Notes: generated from the sequence alone by a model not told the origin. Numbered from the stretch's first letter, positions 27,669 through 37,353 are shown. The stretch is 64,000 bases of DNA from Minisyncoccota bacterium (GCA_041663165.1 JBAZRF010000001.1:736-64735), one strand, 5' to 3'. A program made the numbers and translations.

Positions 27669-28553
27669 CTATGGCTTGTAATTCTTGCAGGTCATCTCGG
27701 CCCGCCATACGTACCATTCGGCTTTCGTATGGTCGTCGTCCCTCTTGGCCGCTTCCGTTGAGGGAGTCCCGAAGCTGTAGGTGCTTGGGATGACCATCTT
27801 TTCCCCGCCCCAGTCTAGTTTTAGGCCGGTCAACTGCATGATCTTGGCCGGGTCGATGGTTGCCACGACCCTGGTCCCGTAGTTCGTGTAACTGTGGGGC
27901 TCTCCCTCGATCGGCTCTACGTGTGGCGCATACACCTTCAATCCCTCGGGGGGTATTGAGTAGATATACCGCTCTGTCGAGAATTCCCGCTTGCCACTGG
28001 GCACGCTTGCGTGGATCTCTTCGAGATCTCGGAGCAGTACATACTTTTCCCGACTGTCGTAGTCTGCCTTGTCCTCTGGGACGTTGTATTCCGAAGAGTC
28101 CTCGAGGACGAGCTTCCATCCGTCGGATTTCTTCTGGACTTCTCCCAGGATGGGTAGATCACGATTGTAGGGCAGGGGCCGCTCTTCCCGGATTTCTCCT
28201 TTCGTGTCAATCTTGCGGGAATATACGGGTAAGCTCTTCAGGCCACTCTTCATCCGGTAGAATGTTCCGCTGACGCGTACCATCGTATCGGCGAAGAAGA
28301 AGTGGGCCCCATTCTTGTCCCACCGATCGAGGTACAACCCCTTCGGAATGTACATTCGATCTCCCTTGATGACTGGGTTGATTATGACGGGACGGTCCCA
28401 TCCGACACCGTCCAGGACATAATCGCCGTCGGCCTGCTCCACGGCACTCCAAGCATGGCATGTTACCTTGCAGTACACAGCATCCTCCGCCATGGCGATT
28501 CCACTGACAAACCCAATGACAAACAACATTGCGACCCACATCGTCTTACGCAT
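27669..28553 (-). CDS. Orphan secreted protein (solo cassette)
   Basis: Signal peptide ending AMA, AAGGAG SD, promoter TTGACA-16-TATAAT (28652-28625), two hairpins at 27606-27657, visibly GC-richer than flanks. Confidence 0.8.
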   Translation of the reverse strand: MRKTMWVAMLFVIGFVSGIAMAEDAVYCKVTCHAWSAVEQADGDYVLDGVGWDRPVIINPVIKGDRMYIPKGLYLDRWDKNGAHFFFADTMVRVSGTFYRMKSGLKSLPVYSRKIDTKGEIREERPLPYNRDLPILGEVQKKSDGWKLVLEDSSEYNVPEDKADYDSREKYVLLRDLEEIHASVPSGKREFSTERYIYSIPPEGLKVYAPHVEPIEGEPHSYTNYGTRVVATIDPAKIMQLTGLKLDWGGEKMVIPSTYSFGTPSTEAAKRDDDHTKAEWYVWRAEMTCKNYKP

Positions 28554-28706
28554 AAGCGTATTCTCCTTCCTTGGCGCATGGCGACCGGTACTTAACCGGG
28601 CCGTAACTTACTCTTCCAATGTTGATTATAGCATCTACACAAAATTTGTCAAGTGTTTGGCATTGCCCCAAAGGGGCTTAAATGTTACTATATTTTTAAC
28701 AATTTA

Positions 28707-28778
28707 GGCCCCATCGTCTAATGGTTAGGACATCACCCTCTCACGGTGGTAATCCGGGTTCGACTCCCGGTGGGGTCG
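28707..28778 (+). tRNA. tRNA-Glu (anticodon CTC), CCA not encoded
   Basis: Acceptor ggcccca/tggggtc, anticodon loop ct-CTC-ac, T-loop ttcgact, promoter TTGCCC-17-TACTAT upstream. Confidence 0.96.
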
Positions 28779-28842
28779 CAAAATTTATCAAGGAGCCGAG
28801 TGAGATTCCCGGTGGTTTTTAATTGTGTTAAAATCTTAAGAC

Positions 28843-29436
28843 ATGTTTACCTTAGCCCAAGTTGTTGTTTTACTTAAGACCTACGGCTACGTGTTGATTT
28901 TCCCGATCGCTTTTGTCGAGGGGCCAATCATTACTGTAATTTGCGGGTGGCTCTCGGCTGTTGGGATTCTTAATTTTTTTGTCGTTTACGCGATTTTAAT
29001 TATCGCCAACTTGCTGGGTGATGCTTTTTATTATGCCATTGGCTATTGGGGCGGCCCGTCCTTAATTAGGAGGTGGGGCCATTGGCTAAGGCTTGACTTA
29101 GAACAAACCGTCAAATTGAAAAACCATTTCGACAACCATGGTGGTAAAATTTTATTGACGGCTAAAATTACTCCACACTTGGCAGCGGCCGCAGTGCTTG
29201 CTGGTGCCGGCCTGGCTAAATATCGCTTCACGCTTTTTATTCGCTACTGTCTCTTGGTTGAGGTTCCTAAAACTCTTATCCTGATGCTGGTCGGTTATTT
29301 TGTCGGCGACGCCTATCAAAAAATTGTTGTCTATCTTGATTATTTAGGGGCGGTTTTATCTGCTGTCTTAGTTCTCATCTTGGGTTACGGGTTTTATTAT
29401 TGGCGTCGAAATCTGAAGAATCAAGCAAAAGATTAA
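28843..29436 (+). CDS. DedA/VTT family membrane protein
   Basis: GY..IF...VEGP, GDAFYYAIGYWGG and HGGKILL motifs. Confidence 0.88.
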   Translation: MFTLAQVVVLLKTYGYVLIFPIAFVEGPIITVICGWLSAVGILNFFVVYAILIIANLLGDAFYYAIGYWGGPSLIRRWGHWLRLDLEQTVKLKNHFDNHGGKILLTAKITPHLAAAAVLAGAGLAKYRFTLFIRYCLLVEVPKTLILMLVGYFVGDAYQKIVVYLDYLGAVLSAVLVLILGYGFYYWRRNLKNQAKD

Positions 29437-29439
29437 ATT

Positions 29440-30618
29440 ATGCGCATTGCTATTTTTGCTGATACTTTTTACCCTTGTTTAGGCGGGATTGAGGACTCAA
29501 CCGCGATGCTGGCCCGGGCCTTGGGTGAACATAATTATTTAGTTGATGTTTACGTGCCCAAGTTTTCTCGGCGCTATTTTATTAAACACGGATTGCCTAA
29601 TCGAGAAATTGATTTGGGTCCAAATGTTAAAATTCATCGCTTGCCATCCTTGCCCTTGCCAATGTGGCTTTTTGATACTCGTTTGACTCTTCCCACTCTG
29701 GCTGGTTATCGTCAGCTTAAAAAAAATCGGCCCGACCTAATTCACACGCAAACTATTTGGGGTGCCGGCCTTGAGGCTTTATGGTCGAGTCGCAAACTAA
29801 AAATTCCGCTGGTGGGAACCAACCATACTATTATTGGCGAGTTTGGCACCTATTTTCCTTTTGCCAAAAAAACTTTTGTTAAATTGGCCATTTGGTACGA
29901 GACCTGGTATTACCACCATTGTGCTTTCGTTACCGCCCCGTCGCGGATTGCCCTTGAGGCAATGCAAAAAAATAATGTTGGTTGCCAAAGTCGAATTATA
30001 TCTAATATTATTGATACTGAAAATTTTAAACCACTAAACAATCAGGCGGATAAAGAAAAATTGAAGGCCGAATTTGGCCTGGCCGGTCGCCCGGTGATTT
30101 CTTTTGCTGGTCGATTTGCCATCGAGAAAAGGGGTGAGATTTTATTTCAAGCTATTTCTCTTATTCGCGGACGATTTCCACGAGTGATTTTGGCTCTGGC
30201 CGGGTCGGGCATCCAGCGTGATAATTGGGACAAAGAAATTCGCCAGCTTGATTTGCAGAATAATATTAAATTTGTCGGGGTTTTAGACAAACCACGTTTG
30301 GTTAAACTTTTTCAAGCCTCCGATGCTTTCGCTATTGCCAGCGCTATTGAATCACAAGGGATGGTGGCCTTGCAGGCGATGGCTTGTGGTCTGCCAGTGG
30401 TGGGAGTTAATGGCCGGGCTTTGCCAGAATATGTTAATAGCCAGAACGGTTTTATTGTACCGATTAATGATTACCAAGAAATGTCAAAATGCCTAACTAA
30501 GTTACTGATTGACCCAGTCCTTGCTCGCCATCTCGGTCAAAATGGTCGGCAGCAGGTTGAGAAATATTCCAAACAAAATATTATTAAAGAATGGGAAGAG
30601 ATTTATAAAAAAATATGA
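29440..30618 (+). CDS. Glycosyltransferase family 4 (glycolipid synthase-like)
   Basis: MRIAIFADTFYP..GG, GRFAIEK and ESQGMVALQAMACGLPVV motifs. Confidence 0.92.
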   Translation: MRIAIFADTFYPCLGGIEDSTAMLARALGEHNYLVDVYVPKFSRRYFIKHGLPNREIDLGPNVKIHRLPSLPLPMWLFDTRLTLPTLAGYRQLKKNRPDLIHTQTIWGAGLEALWSSRKLKIPLVGTNHTIIGEFGTYFPFAKKTFVKLAIWYETWYYHHCAFVTAPSRIALEAMQKNNVGCQSRIISNIIDTENFKPLNNQADKEKLKAEFGLAGRPVISFAGRFAIEKRGEILFQAISLIRGRFPRVILALAGSGIQRDNWDKEIRQLDLQNNIKFVGVLDKPRLVKLFQASDAFAIASAIESQGMVALQAMACGLPVVGVNGRALPEYVNSQNGFIVPINDYQEMSKCLTKLLIDPVLARHLGQNGRQQVEKYSKQNIIKEWEEIYKKI

Positions 30619-31379
30619 AACTTAGTATTATCATTCCAGCCTATAACGAGGAAGTCGGACTAGCTGATTGTTTAAAGATGGTTCTTAGCCGGATATCTGA
30701 GCAGAATCGCGAGGTTGAAACAATCTTAGTTAATAACGCGAGTACTGATCGCACGAGAGAAATTGCCGAACTCTTTTCTAATATAAAAATTGTCGATGAG
30801 TCGAATAAGGGCCTGGTTCGGGCTCGCCAGGCCGGCTTTATGGCCTCGATTGGCGATTTAATCGCCAATGTTGATGCCGATAGCCGAATTCCGGCCGGTT
30901 GGATTGAAAAGATTTTTACGGAGTTTGAGCGTAACCCTAATCTTGTGGCTTTGAGTGGGCCGTACATTTATTATGATTTACCTTGGTGGTTTAATTGGCT
31001 CTCAAAGATTTATTATTGGCTGGGCTGGCTTTCTACTTATCTAAATTTGAACCCAGCTCGGCACGGAGCGATGCTGCAAGGTGGCAATTTCGTTTTGCGT
31101 CGGACAGCGCTTGAAAAAATCGGCGGCTATCGTTTTGAGAAATTTGATTTTTACGGCGAGGAGACTGATGTCGCCATGCGCATTTGCGAAGTGGGGAAAA
31201 TCAAATTTACTTTTGGTTTGTCGATGGTTACCTCGGGTCGGCGCTTGGCGACTGAAGGGATGTTACGAGTATCCACTCGTTATGCTGTCAATTATTTTTG
31301 GACGATTTTTCTTGGCCGGCCGTACACGCAAAAAAATATCGATATTAGGGCCACTCAAAAACCCTCGGGACCCCAGTAG
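30615..31379 (+). CDS. Glycosyltransferase family 2
   Basis: SIIIPAYNEE, NNASTD and DAD motifs. Confidence 0.92.
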   Translation: MKLSIIIPAYNEEVGLADCLKMVLSRISEQNREVETILVNNASTDRTREIAELFSNIKIVDESNKGLVRARQAGFMASIGDLIANVDADSRIPAGWIEKIFTEFERNPNLVALSGPYIYYDLPWWFNWLSKIYYWLGWLSTYLNLNPARHGAMLQGGNFVLRRTALEKIGGYRFEKFDFYGEETDVAMRICEVGKIKFTFGLSMVTSGRRLATEGMLRVSTRYAVNYFWTIFLGRPYTQKNIDIRATQKPSGPQ

Positions 31380-31431
31380 TTCTCGAGGGCTTTTGATCTG
31401 CCGATGCTGGGACGGCGGGCATGTTCTGTGG

Positions 31432-31827
31432 TCATGCGGGACGCCATTCCGTCGCTTCCATGAGACCAAAGCGGTTGCCCTCAGTATCTTTAGCGCTCGC
31501 AAACCAACCAACGTGAGGGATCTCCGATTTCTCCTTGATAATTATTCCACCGTTTTTTCTCACGGCTTCCATCGTCTTGTCGAGATCAGAAACCAAAACT
31601 GTGCAGTCGTAAAGATAAAACATGTCTTCTTTTTTGGCTGGGCGCTGATAAAGACCGCCGTTAATACCCGCCTCGGCATCTCCCGTTACCACTCCCCAGT
31701 AGTCCATGCCACCTTGATCCTTGGTCATCATCGGATCAATTTGCCAGCCAAGAGTCTTCTCATAAAAGGTCTTGGCGCGCGAGACGTCATCAGCTTGGAT
31801 CTCAAAATGTACCACTCGATTACCCAT
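31432..31827 (-). CDS. VOC/glyoxalase family protein
   Basis: VVHFEI..DDVSRAKTFY, GINGG and DTEGNRFGL motifs. Confidence 0.92.
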   Translation of the reverse strand: MGNRVVHFEIQADDVSRAKTFYEKTLGWQIDPMMTKDQGGMDYWGVVTGDAEAGINGGLYQRPAKKEDMFYLYDCTVLVSDLDKTMEAVRKNGGIIIKEKSEIPHVGWFASAKDTEGNRFGLMEATEWRPA

Positions 31828-31837
31828 AGCTTTTTAA

Positions 31838-32014
31838 TTAATTTAGTTCTGATAATGCTTCGATGATCGTTTCCTCAAATTGATCTTCATCAGCACTCTT
31901 CGCTTCGCTGATGATTTGCTGAACTTGCCAATTGGGCCAGCCCGCCCGGCGGGCCTGATACTTGAAGTAGCCGAGTAAGTCATAGGGATAAGAACTTTTT
32001 GCCGAATTTCTCAT
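31838..32014 (-). CDS. Unannotated 58-aa protein
   Basis: MRNSAKSSYPYDLLGYFKYQARRAGWPNWQVQQIISEAKSADEDQFEETIIEALSELN, ends 10 nt before the VOC start on the same strand. Confidence 0.65.
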   Translation of the reverse strand: MRNSAKSSYPYDLLGYFKYQARRAGWPNWQVQQIISEAKSADEDQFEETIIEALSELN

Positions 32015-32110
32015 AAATTAATTTTATTTATTAACTTTAAGATCTAATAATTTTTATTTTATAATAATGTCGACCTTTAACTTTAGTTGCGAAATTGTGG
32101 CAATGGCCTA

Positions 32111-32143
32111 ATCGTATCTTGGTGACTATTAAATTTTTATGAA
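32111..32143 (-). promoter_or_regulatory. Putative OmpR-family box plus -10
   Basis: Minus strand TTCAT-aaaaat-TTAAT-N11-TACGAT. Confidence 0.6.
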
Positions 32144-32228
32144 ATCAGCAAAAAGTAATCCTCACTAAGCTTCTTGAAATTTTTTTTTACTGTGTTATTG
32201 TTTAAAGTAAAGTTAAAAATCGTCAAAA

Positions 32229-32903
32229 ATGAAGATCTTAATTGTTGAGGATGACAATGATCTGTGCGGGCTGATTAAAAAAGGCCTCAAACAGGAGGGC
32301 TATGCCGTCGATTGTTTGTCGGACGGTAAAGCGGCACTGACACGAATTCACATGAATCATCGTGATTATGACCTGATTGTTTTAGATTTGGGTTTGCCCG
32401 GTAAAAGTGGTTATGAAATTTGCGGGAGTGCTCGCGAAGCTGGCATCCAAACACCAATTTTGATCTTAACCGCCAAACACGAACTTGATAGCAAGGTAAA
32501 GCTTCTAAATATTGGGGCTGATGATTATTTAACTAAACCGTTCGAGCTCAAAGAGCTTCTGGCTAGGATTAGGGCAATCACTCGCCGGCCCAAGGAGAAA
32601 TTACCTGAGAAGTTGAAATTACGAGATTTGATCCTAAATCCCTCAACGCAAAAAGTAACGCGTGCCGGCAAAGAACTGAAATTGTCGCTCAAGGAGTTTC
32701 GCCTGCTCGAATATCTCATGCGCCGACCGAACAAAGCGGTTAGCCGACAGGACCTCCTCGATAATGTTTGGGATTCAGATTTTGACTCGATGAGTAATGT
32801 GCTGGATGTTTTTATCAAAAAATTGCGCGATAAAGTTGACAAGGGTCGTGGGCCCAAGCTGATCGAAACTGTTTGGGGCGTGGGCTATCGGCTAAAAGAC
32901 TAA
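32229..32903 (+). CDS. OmpR/PhoB-family response regulator
   Basis: ILIVEDD, LDLGLP and GADDYLTKPF receiver motifs, wHTH end IETVWGVGY. Confidence 0.95.
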   Translation: MKILIVEDDNDLCGLIKKGLKQEGYAVDCLSDGKAALTRIHMNHRDYDLIVLDLGLPGKSGYEICGSAREAGIQTPILILTAKHELDSKVKLLNIGADDYLTKPFELKELLARIRAITRRPKEKLPEKLKLRDLILNPSTQKVTRAGKELKLSLKEFRLLEYLMRRPNKAVSRQDLLDNVWDSDFDSMSNVLDVFIKKLRDKVDKGRGPKLIETVWGVGYRLKD

Positions 32904-32925
32904 ATTTATCCCGTATTGGTGGCGA

Positions 32926-32958
32926 TTCATCATTTTTTAATCTTTAGTGTTGTTTAAT
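32926..32958 (+). promoter_or_regulatory. Putative OmpR-family box plus -10
   Basis: TTCAT-catttt-TTAAT-N11-TTTAAT. Confidence 0.55.
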
Positions 32959-33007
32959 TGTGGGGCGATACAATGGCCCGTTTTTTGTTGACAAAAATTA
33001 AAAAACC

Positions 33008-35422
33008 ATGAATGATTATTCAATGGCCAAGAAAAAACTTGTTGGCGATATGCCCGAAGGACTTGCCTATTTGGTGTTCAAACAAAGTCCAGCTTCAATT
33101 GTGGTTACCGACCCTAAGGGGGTAATTCAGTATGTTAATCCTAAATTTGTAAAATTGACCGGTTATAAATTAAAGGAGGCCATCGGTCAAAATCCGCGAA
33201 TTTTAAAATCGGGACGAACGAGCGATAAGGAGTATGCCACGATGTGGCAGACCATAACTTCGGGCCGGGAGTGGCGAGGCGAGTTTTTAAATAAGAAAAA
33301 GAGTGGAGAGTTATATTGGGAAATTGCCTCAATTTCTCCGGTCAAGAATAAAAAAGGAGAAATAACCTATTTCGTGGCCGTTAAGGAAGACATCACTGAT
33401 CGCAAAAAAGCCGAAACCGAATTTCTCAAGTCTAATCAAATTTTGCGAGCCATTTCGCGGGGCAGTCAAGCGGTAATGCGGGTAGCGGATGAATTCGAAT
33501 TTTTACGGGAGGCTTGCCGAATTATTACTAAAGATTGCGGTTACTCTATGGTTTGGGTTGGCTATGCTGAGAATAATAAGGAAAAAACCGTTAAGCCCGT
33601 TGCCTCGGCCGGTTTTGCCAAGGGCTATCTGGATAAGATTAAGGTAACTTGGGCTGATAATCAACTTGGACGCGGTCCGACCGGCACGGCGATTCGCACC
33701 GGCAAAATTACCAAGTGCGAAAATATGTTGACTGACCCAAAATTTGCTCCCTGGCGCGAAGCGGCACGCCAGCGCGGTTACGCTTCGTCCATTGTTTTTC
33801 CTCTTAAATTGGCTGGTCGGATTTTTGGCGCGATCAGCATTTATTCAGAAGAAACTAATCCATTCACCGAAGACGAAGTTAGATTATTGACGGAGTTAAT
33901 AAATGTTTTAGCGACTGGCATTGGCGCGGTGCGCCTGCGCCAAAAAGTTAATCATCTAGCCTCCTTTCCACGGCTCAATGTTATGCCAGTAATTGAAGTT
34001 AATTTGTCCGGCCAAGTTGCCTATGTTAATCCGGCCGGCCTGCGCGCTTTTCCTGACTTAAAGAAAAAAGGAGCCAATCATCCTCTCTTGCTTAAACTTA
34101 ATCTTAAAAAGCTTAAGGGCGGAGCTGAGCCGTTTTTATTTGAGGCAAAAATTGATGACCGATGGTATAGCTCGGCGGCCAAGTTTCTACCAGAGACAAG
34201 TCAGGTCAGGATCTACTGTATGGATATTACCAAACGAATGGAGGCGCTTGACGAATTAGCCCGAGAGAAAAATCGACTGATCGAAATGGAGGAGCGTCAA
34301 CGCAATTTTATTGCTATTCTTGGCCATGAATTGCGAAATCCTTTGGCCTCAATTGTCTTAGCGCTCGATCTGATTGCGACACAGAAAAATAGAACCCTAT
34401 CGATTCAAGAGGAACTTGATGTAATTGGCCACCAAACCAACAACATGAGTAAATTACTCAAGGACTTGCTCGATGTTTCCCGTCTTGATCGCGGCCGTTT
34501 GGAGCTCGAAATTAAAAACGTTGATTTGACCCGAATAATTTATAATACCCTCGGTTCAATTCGGCCACTCTTGGGAAAAAATAAGCGGCAACTTAAGATT
34601 TCTGGCCATCTTGAATCGGTCAAAATTTTAGCCGATCGCCTGCGGATTGAACAAATTTTAATTAATCTGTTGAGCAATGCCGTGAAATATTCAAAGGAGG
34701 GAAGCTTAATCGAGCTCTCGGTTGACAGACAAGGCGGCGAAGCCTTTGTTGTCGTTAGGGATAATGGTATGGGTATCCCGGCTAATAAGTTGCTTCATAT
34801 TTTTGATCTATTTTCTCAGGGTGAACAGAATGCTCAAACGAAAAAAAGCGGCGGACTTGGTGTTGGCCTGTACATGTCCCGCGAATTGGCGCGCTTGCAT
34901 GGCGGAGAGGTCACAGCTTCAAGCGAGGGAGTGGGTAAGGGTAGTGAGTTTACGTTAAGATTGCCGATCAAGGCGAAAGAGATTCCGGAAAAAGAAAATT
35001 TTAAAACAAAAAAATTAAGCCATCAGGTCAAAACCCCAACCAGCCAGAAGCTGCGCGTCTTGAGTGTTGATGATAATGTCGAGTTAGCGAAATTTATCGG
35101 TCAGTCTCTTAAATTGCTCGGTTGCGAGGCTAGGGTGGTTCATGACGGTCAGACCGCGCTCAAGGTTCTTCGCCGTTTCAAGCCCCAATTCGCTTTGCTT
35201 GATCTGGGTATGCCCAAGATGGATGGCTTTGAGTTAGCCCGGCGTATCAAGGCTGACAAAAAATTAGCCTCAATAACCTTGGTGGCGATTACCGGTTTTG
35301 GCCAGGAAAGAGACAAAGACAAAGCTAAGCGCGCTGGTTTTGAATATTATATTGTTAAACCGTTGCGAATTGATGACTTGTCGAAACTTTTATCTGAGGA
35401 AAAAAGTAGCTTTCAGCTATAA
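33008..35422 (+). CDS. Cytoplasmic hybrid histidine kinase (PAS-GAF-PAS-HisKA-HATPase-REC)
   Basis: PAS (IGQNPRILKSG), GAF, HELRNPL, NLLSNAVKY, DNGMGI, GLGVGL and receiver LDLGMP. Confidence 0.93.
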   Translation: MNDYSMAKKKLVGDMPEGLAYLVFKQSPASIVVTDPKGVIQYVNPKFVKLTGYKLKEAIGQNPRILKSGRTSDKEYATMWQTITSGREWRGEFLNKKKSGELYWEIASISPVKNKKGEITYFVAVKEDITDRKKAETEFLKSNQILRAISRGSQAVMRVADEFEFLREACRIITKDCGYSMVWVGYAENNKEKTVKPVASAGFAKGYLDKIKVTWADNQLGRGPTGTAIRTGKITKCENMLTDPKFAPWREAARQRGYASSIVFPLKLAGRIFGAISIYSEETNPFTEDEVRLLTELINVLATGIGAVRLRQKVNHLASFPRLNVMPVIEVNLSGQVAYVNPAGLRAFPDLKKKGANHPLLLKLNLKKLKGGAEPFLFEAKIDDRWYSSAAKFLPETSQVRIYCMDITKRMEALDELAREKNRLIEMEERQRNFIAILGHELRNPLASIVLALDLIATQKNRTLSIQEELDVIGHQTNNMSKLLKDLLDVSRLDRGRLELEIKNVDLTRIIYNTLGSIRPLLGKNKRQLKISGHLESVKILADRLRIEQILINLLSNAVKYSKEGSLIELSVDRQGGEAFVVVRDNGMGIPANKLLHIFDLFSQGEQNAQTKKSGGLGVGLYMSRELARLHGGEVTASSEGVGKGSEFTLRLPIKAKEIPEKENFKTKKLSHQVKTPTSQKLRVLSVDDNVELAKFIGQSLKLLGCEARVVHDGQTALKVLRRFKPQFALLDLGMPKMDGFELARRIKADKKLASITLVAITGFGQERDKDKAKRAGFEYYIVKPLRIDDLSKLLSEEKSSFQL

Positions 35423-35429
35423 AATTATT

Positions 35430-35462
35430 TTCATAATTTTTTAATAACTACTCCGCTACAAT
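35430..35462 (+). promoter_or_regulatory. Putative OmpR-family box plus -10
   Basis: TTCAT-aatttt-TTAAT-N11-TACAAT. Confidence 0.6.
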
Positions 35463-35544
35463 TAACTGAATATATTATTAGCCTTAATTATTATTCAGTG
35501 TTTTTGGGGTCTTCTTGCTTTAATAGTAAATATAAAAAATAATC

Positions 35545-37133
35545 ATGACTTTGAGCAAAAAATTTTGGGGGCTGTTGGCCTTGGCCATCACCCTAGTTTC
35601 GTTGGGGGTAGCTAGTTATAGTTACCAAGCGCAAGCGGCCGCTTATTCGGCCAATATCTTTTCTAATAATAGTGTTTTTGGGCAAGCCACGATCGGCGAT
35701 ACTGTTACGGCCGCTTTTGGCTTTACGGATCCAGCCACTGTTTTGGCTGGTTTACCGACGGCGACCATCGACAACCAGCCCGCCTCAATTATGGATATGG
35801 GGGCAATTATTTTTGGGCTTCGCGCGCGATGACGGCGACTGATCCGGTCGGACCGGTAAGTTTTGACGTTAACTACGTAGACCAAACCGGTTATGGCACA
35901 ATAAACTCTACGACCGATGGCTCGGGCGTAAATTTTTCCCTAACACCTCCTGTTCCGGACACCGTTCCCCCCGTTATTACTCTGGTCGGTCCCTCGTCGG
36001 TTGATGTTCTTCTTAACTCTAATTACGTTGATGCCGGTGCTACCGCCTTCGATAATGTCGATGGCAACCTAACAGCTAATCTGGGCGAGTCGGATAATGT
36101 TGATACTTCAACAATTGGCACTTACACGGTTACTTATACGGTTTCTGATTCTTCTGGTAATGCGGCAATACCGGTTAGTCGTACCGTAAATGTGGTCTCC
36201 ACTGTACCGAGCGCGGACGTAACCCCACCTGTCATTACCTTACTTGGCACAACTCCTGTTGATAGCCTAGTTGGCACTCCATATTTTGATGCCGGCGCTA
36301 CTGCTCTTGATAATGTTGACGGTAACATTACTGCCAACATTGTAACCACTAACCTTGTTGATCCTAACACGATTGGTCAATACATCGTTTCTTACAATGT
36401 TTCCGATGCGACCGGCAATGCAGCAATACCGGTTACGCGGACGGTCAATGTTGTGGCAGCGACGACCACTCCTCCAATTGCCACTACCACTCCCGACACC
36501 ACTCCTCCAGTTATCACCCTCTTGGGCGTCTCGCTGATTAATATTACGATGGGTACAACGTATACTGATGCCGGCGCCACCGCTCTCGACAGTGTGGATG
36601 GGGTTAGGCCGGTAACGGTGTCTGGCTCAGTTAATACCGGCGCGGTTGGTACCTACCAGTTGATTTATCAAGCTTCGGACATCTCAGGCAACCTTGCTTC
36701 TTCAACGAGAACCGTTAATGTTGTAGCTATTATTCCTCCGGCCGGCGGTGGTGGAGGCAGTAACCCTGGTCGCGGCGGGGGTGGTTCCTCAACCGCTAGT
36801 GGCGGGTCAACCTTTCCTTCTAATGGAAATAAAGATTTGCCCAAGATCGAAAGGGTTTTGGGGGCATCCGTCTTTCGCTTTGGACACAGTATTTTAAAGA
36901 TGGGAGATCAAAACGGCGATGTTAAAGCTTTGCAATTATTCTTGATAGACCAAAATTCTGGTTCTATTGCTAAACAATTGGCCAAGGTTGGGGCGACTGG
37001 CTACTTTGGCCCTATGACTAGTCGGGCTTTGATTGAGTATCAAAGGAAGGTGGGCGTGGGTCCTTATCTTGGCCGACTTTTTCCCAAGCTTGCTCGTTAT
37101 ATCTCTAACAAGATTAGCTTGAACCAAACTTAA
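35545..37133 (+). pseudogene. Frameshifted secreted surface protein: signal peptide, 3x DUF5011-like Ig repeats, C-terminal peptidoglycan-binding domain
   Basis: ORFs 35545-35832 and 35829-37133 join if the G5 run at 35799-35803 is G6. DTxPPVITLxG repeats and VKALQLFL..TGYFGPMT..ALIEYQ. Confidence 0.75.
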
Positions 37134-37136
37134 GAT

Positions 37137-37326
37137 CGTCGTCGTAGCTCCTAGTACAGAAGGCCCCCAGCCCCTAGTAGACAGGCTGGGGGTCTTCGTG
37201 CTACTATGACGGTAGGCTTTCAACAACGCGCGCTGCACTTTCTTTGATGGTCATTTCTCCATCCCCGTCAGGGGAACACAGCCGCCACGGTTCTCCGGGG
37301 CGGCTTCGTTGTTTGTATTGAAGGCC
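37137..37326 (+). ncRNA. Candidate structured RNA, family unknown
   Basis: Long hairpin at 37140-37212 plus multibranch domain at 37215-37326. Several G-U pairs favour the + strand. Confidence 0.45.
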
Positions 37327-37353
37327 GGGCTAATTTATGGGATTATGTAGAAG

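Noticed and set aside
27517-28595. Multiple overlapping ORFs around the 27669-28553 gene
   Set aside because: Stop-poor GC-rich sequence. Only 27669-28553 has a promoter, SD and signal peptide.
3520-28655. 13-bp match cacttgacaaatt at two cassette edges as a possible recombination site
   Set aside because: Explained by shared -35 context and not found at the other cassettes
30651-30662. gaagtcggacta (EVGL) in GT2 as another palindrome copy
   Set aside because: It falls on the conserved YNEE motif, the hairpin is incomplete and no insertion is apparent
31081-31866. 261-aa + strand ORF
   Set aside because: Shadow ORF overlapping GT2 and antisense to the well-supported VOC gene
37205-37255. 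16-aa minus-strand ORF MTIKESAARVVESLPS
   Set aside because: GGAG is only 2 nt from the ATG and the G-U pattern favours a + strand RNA
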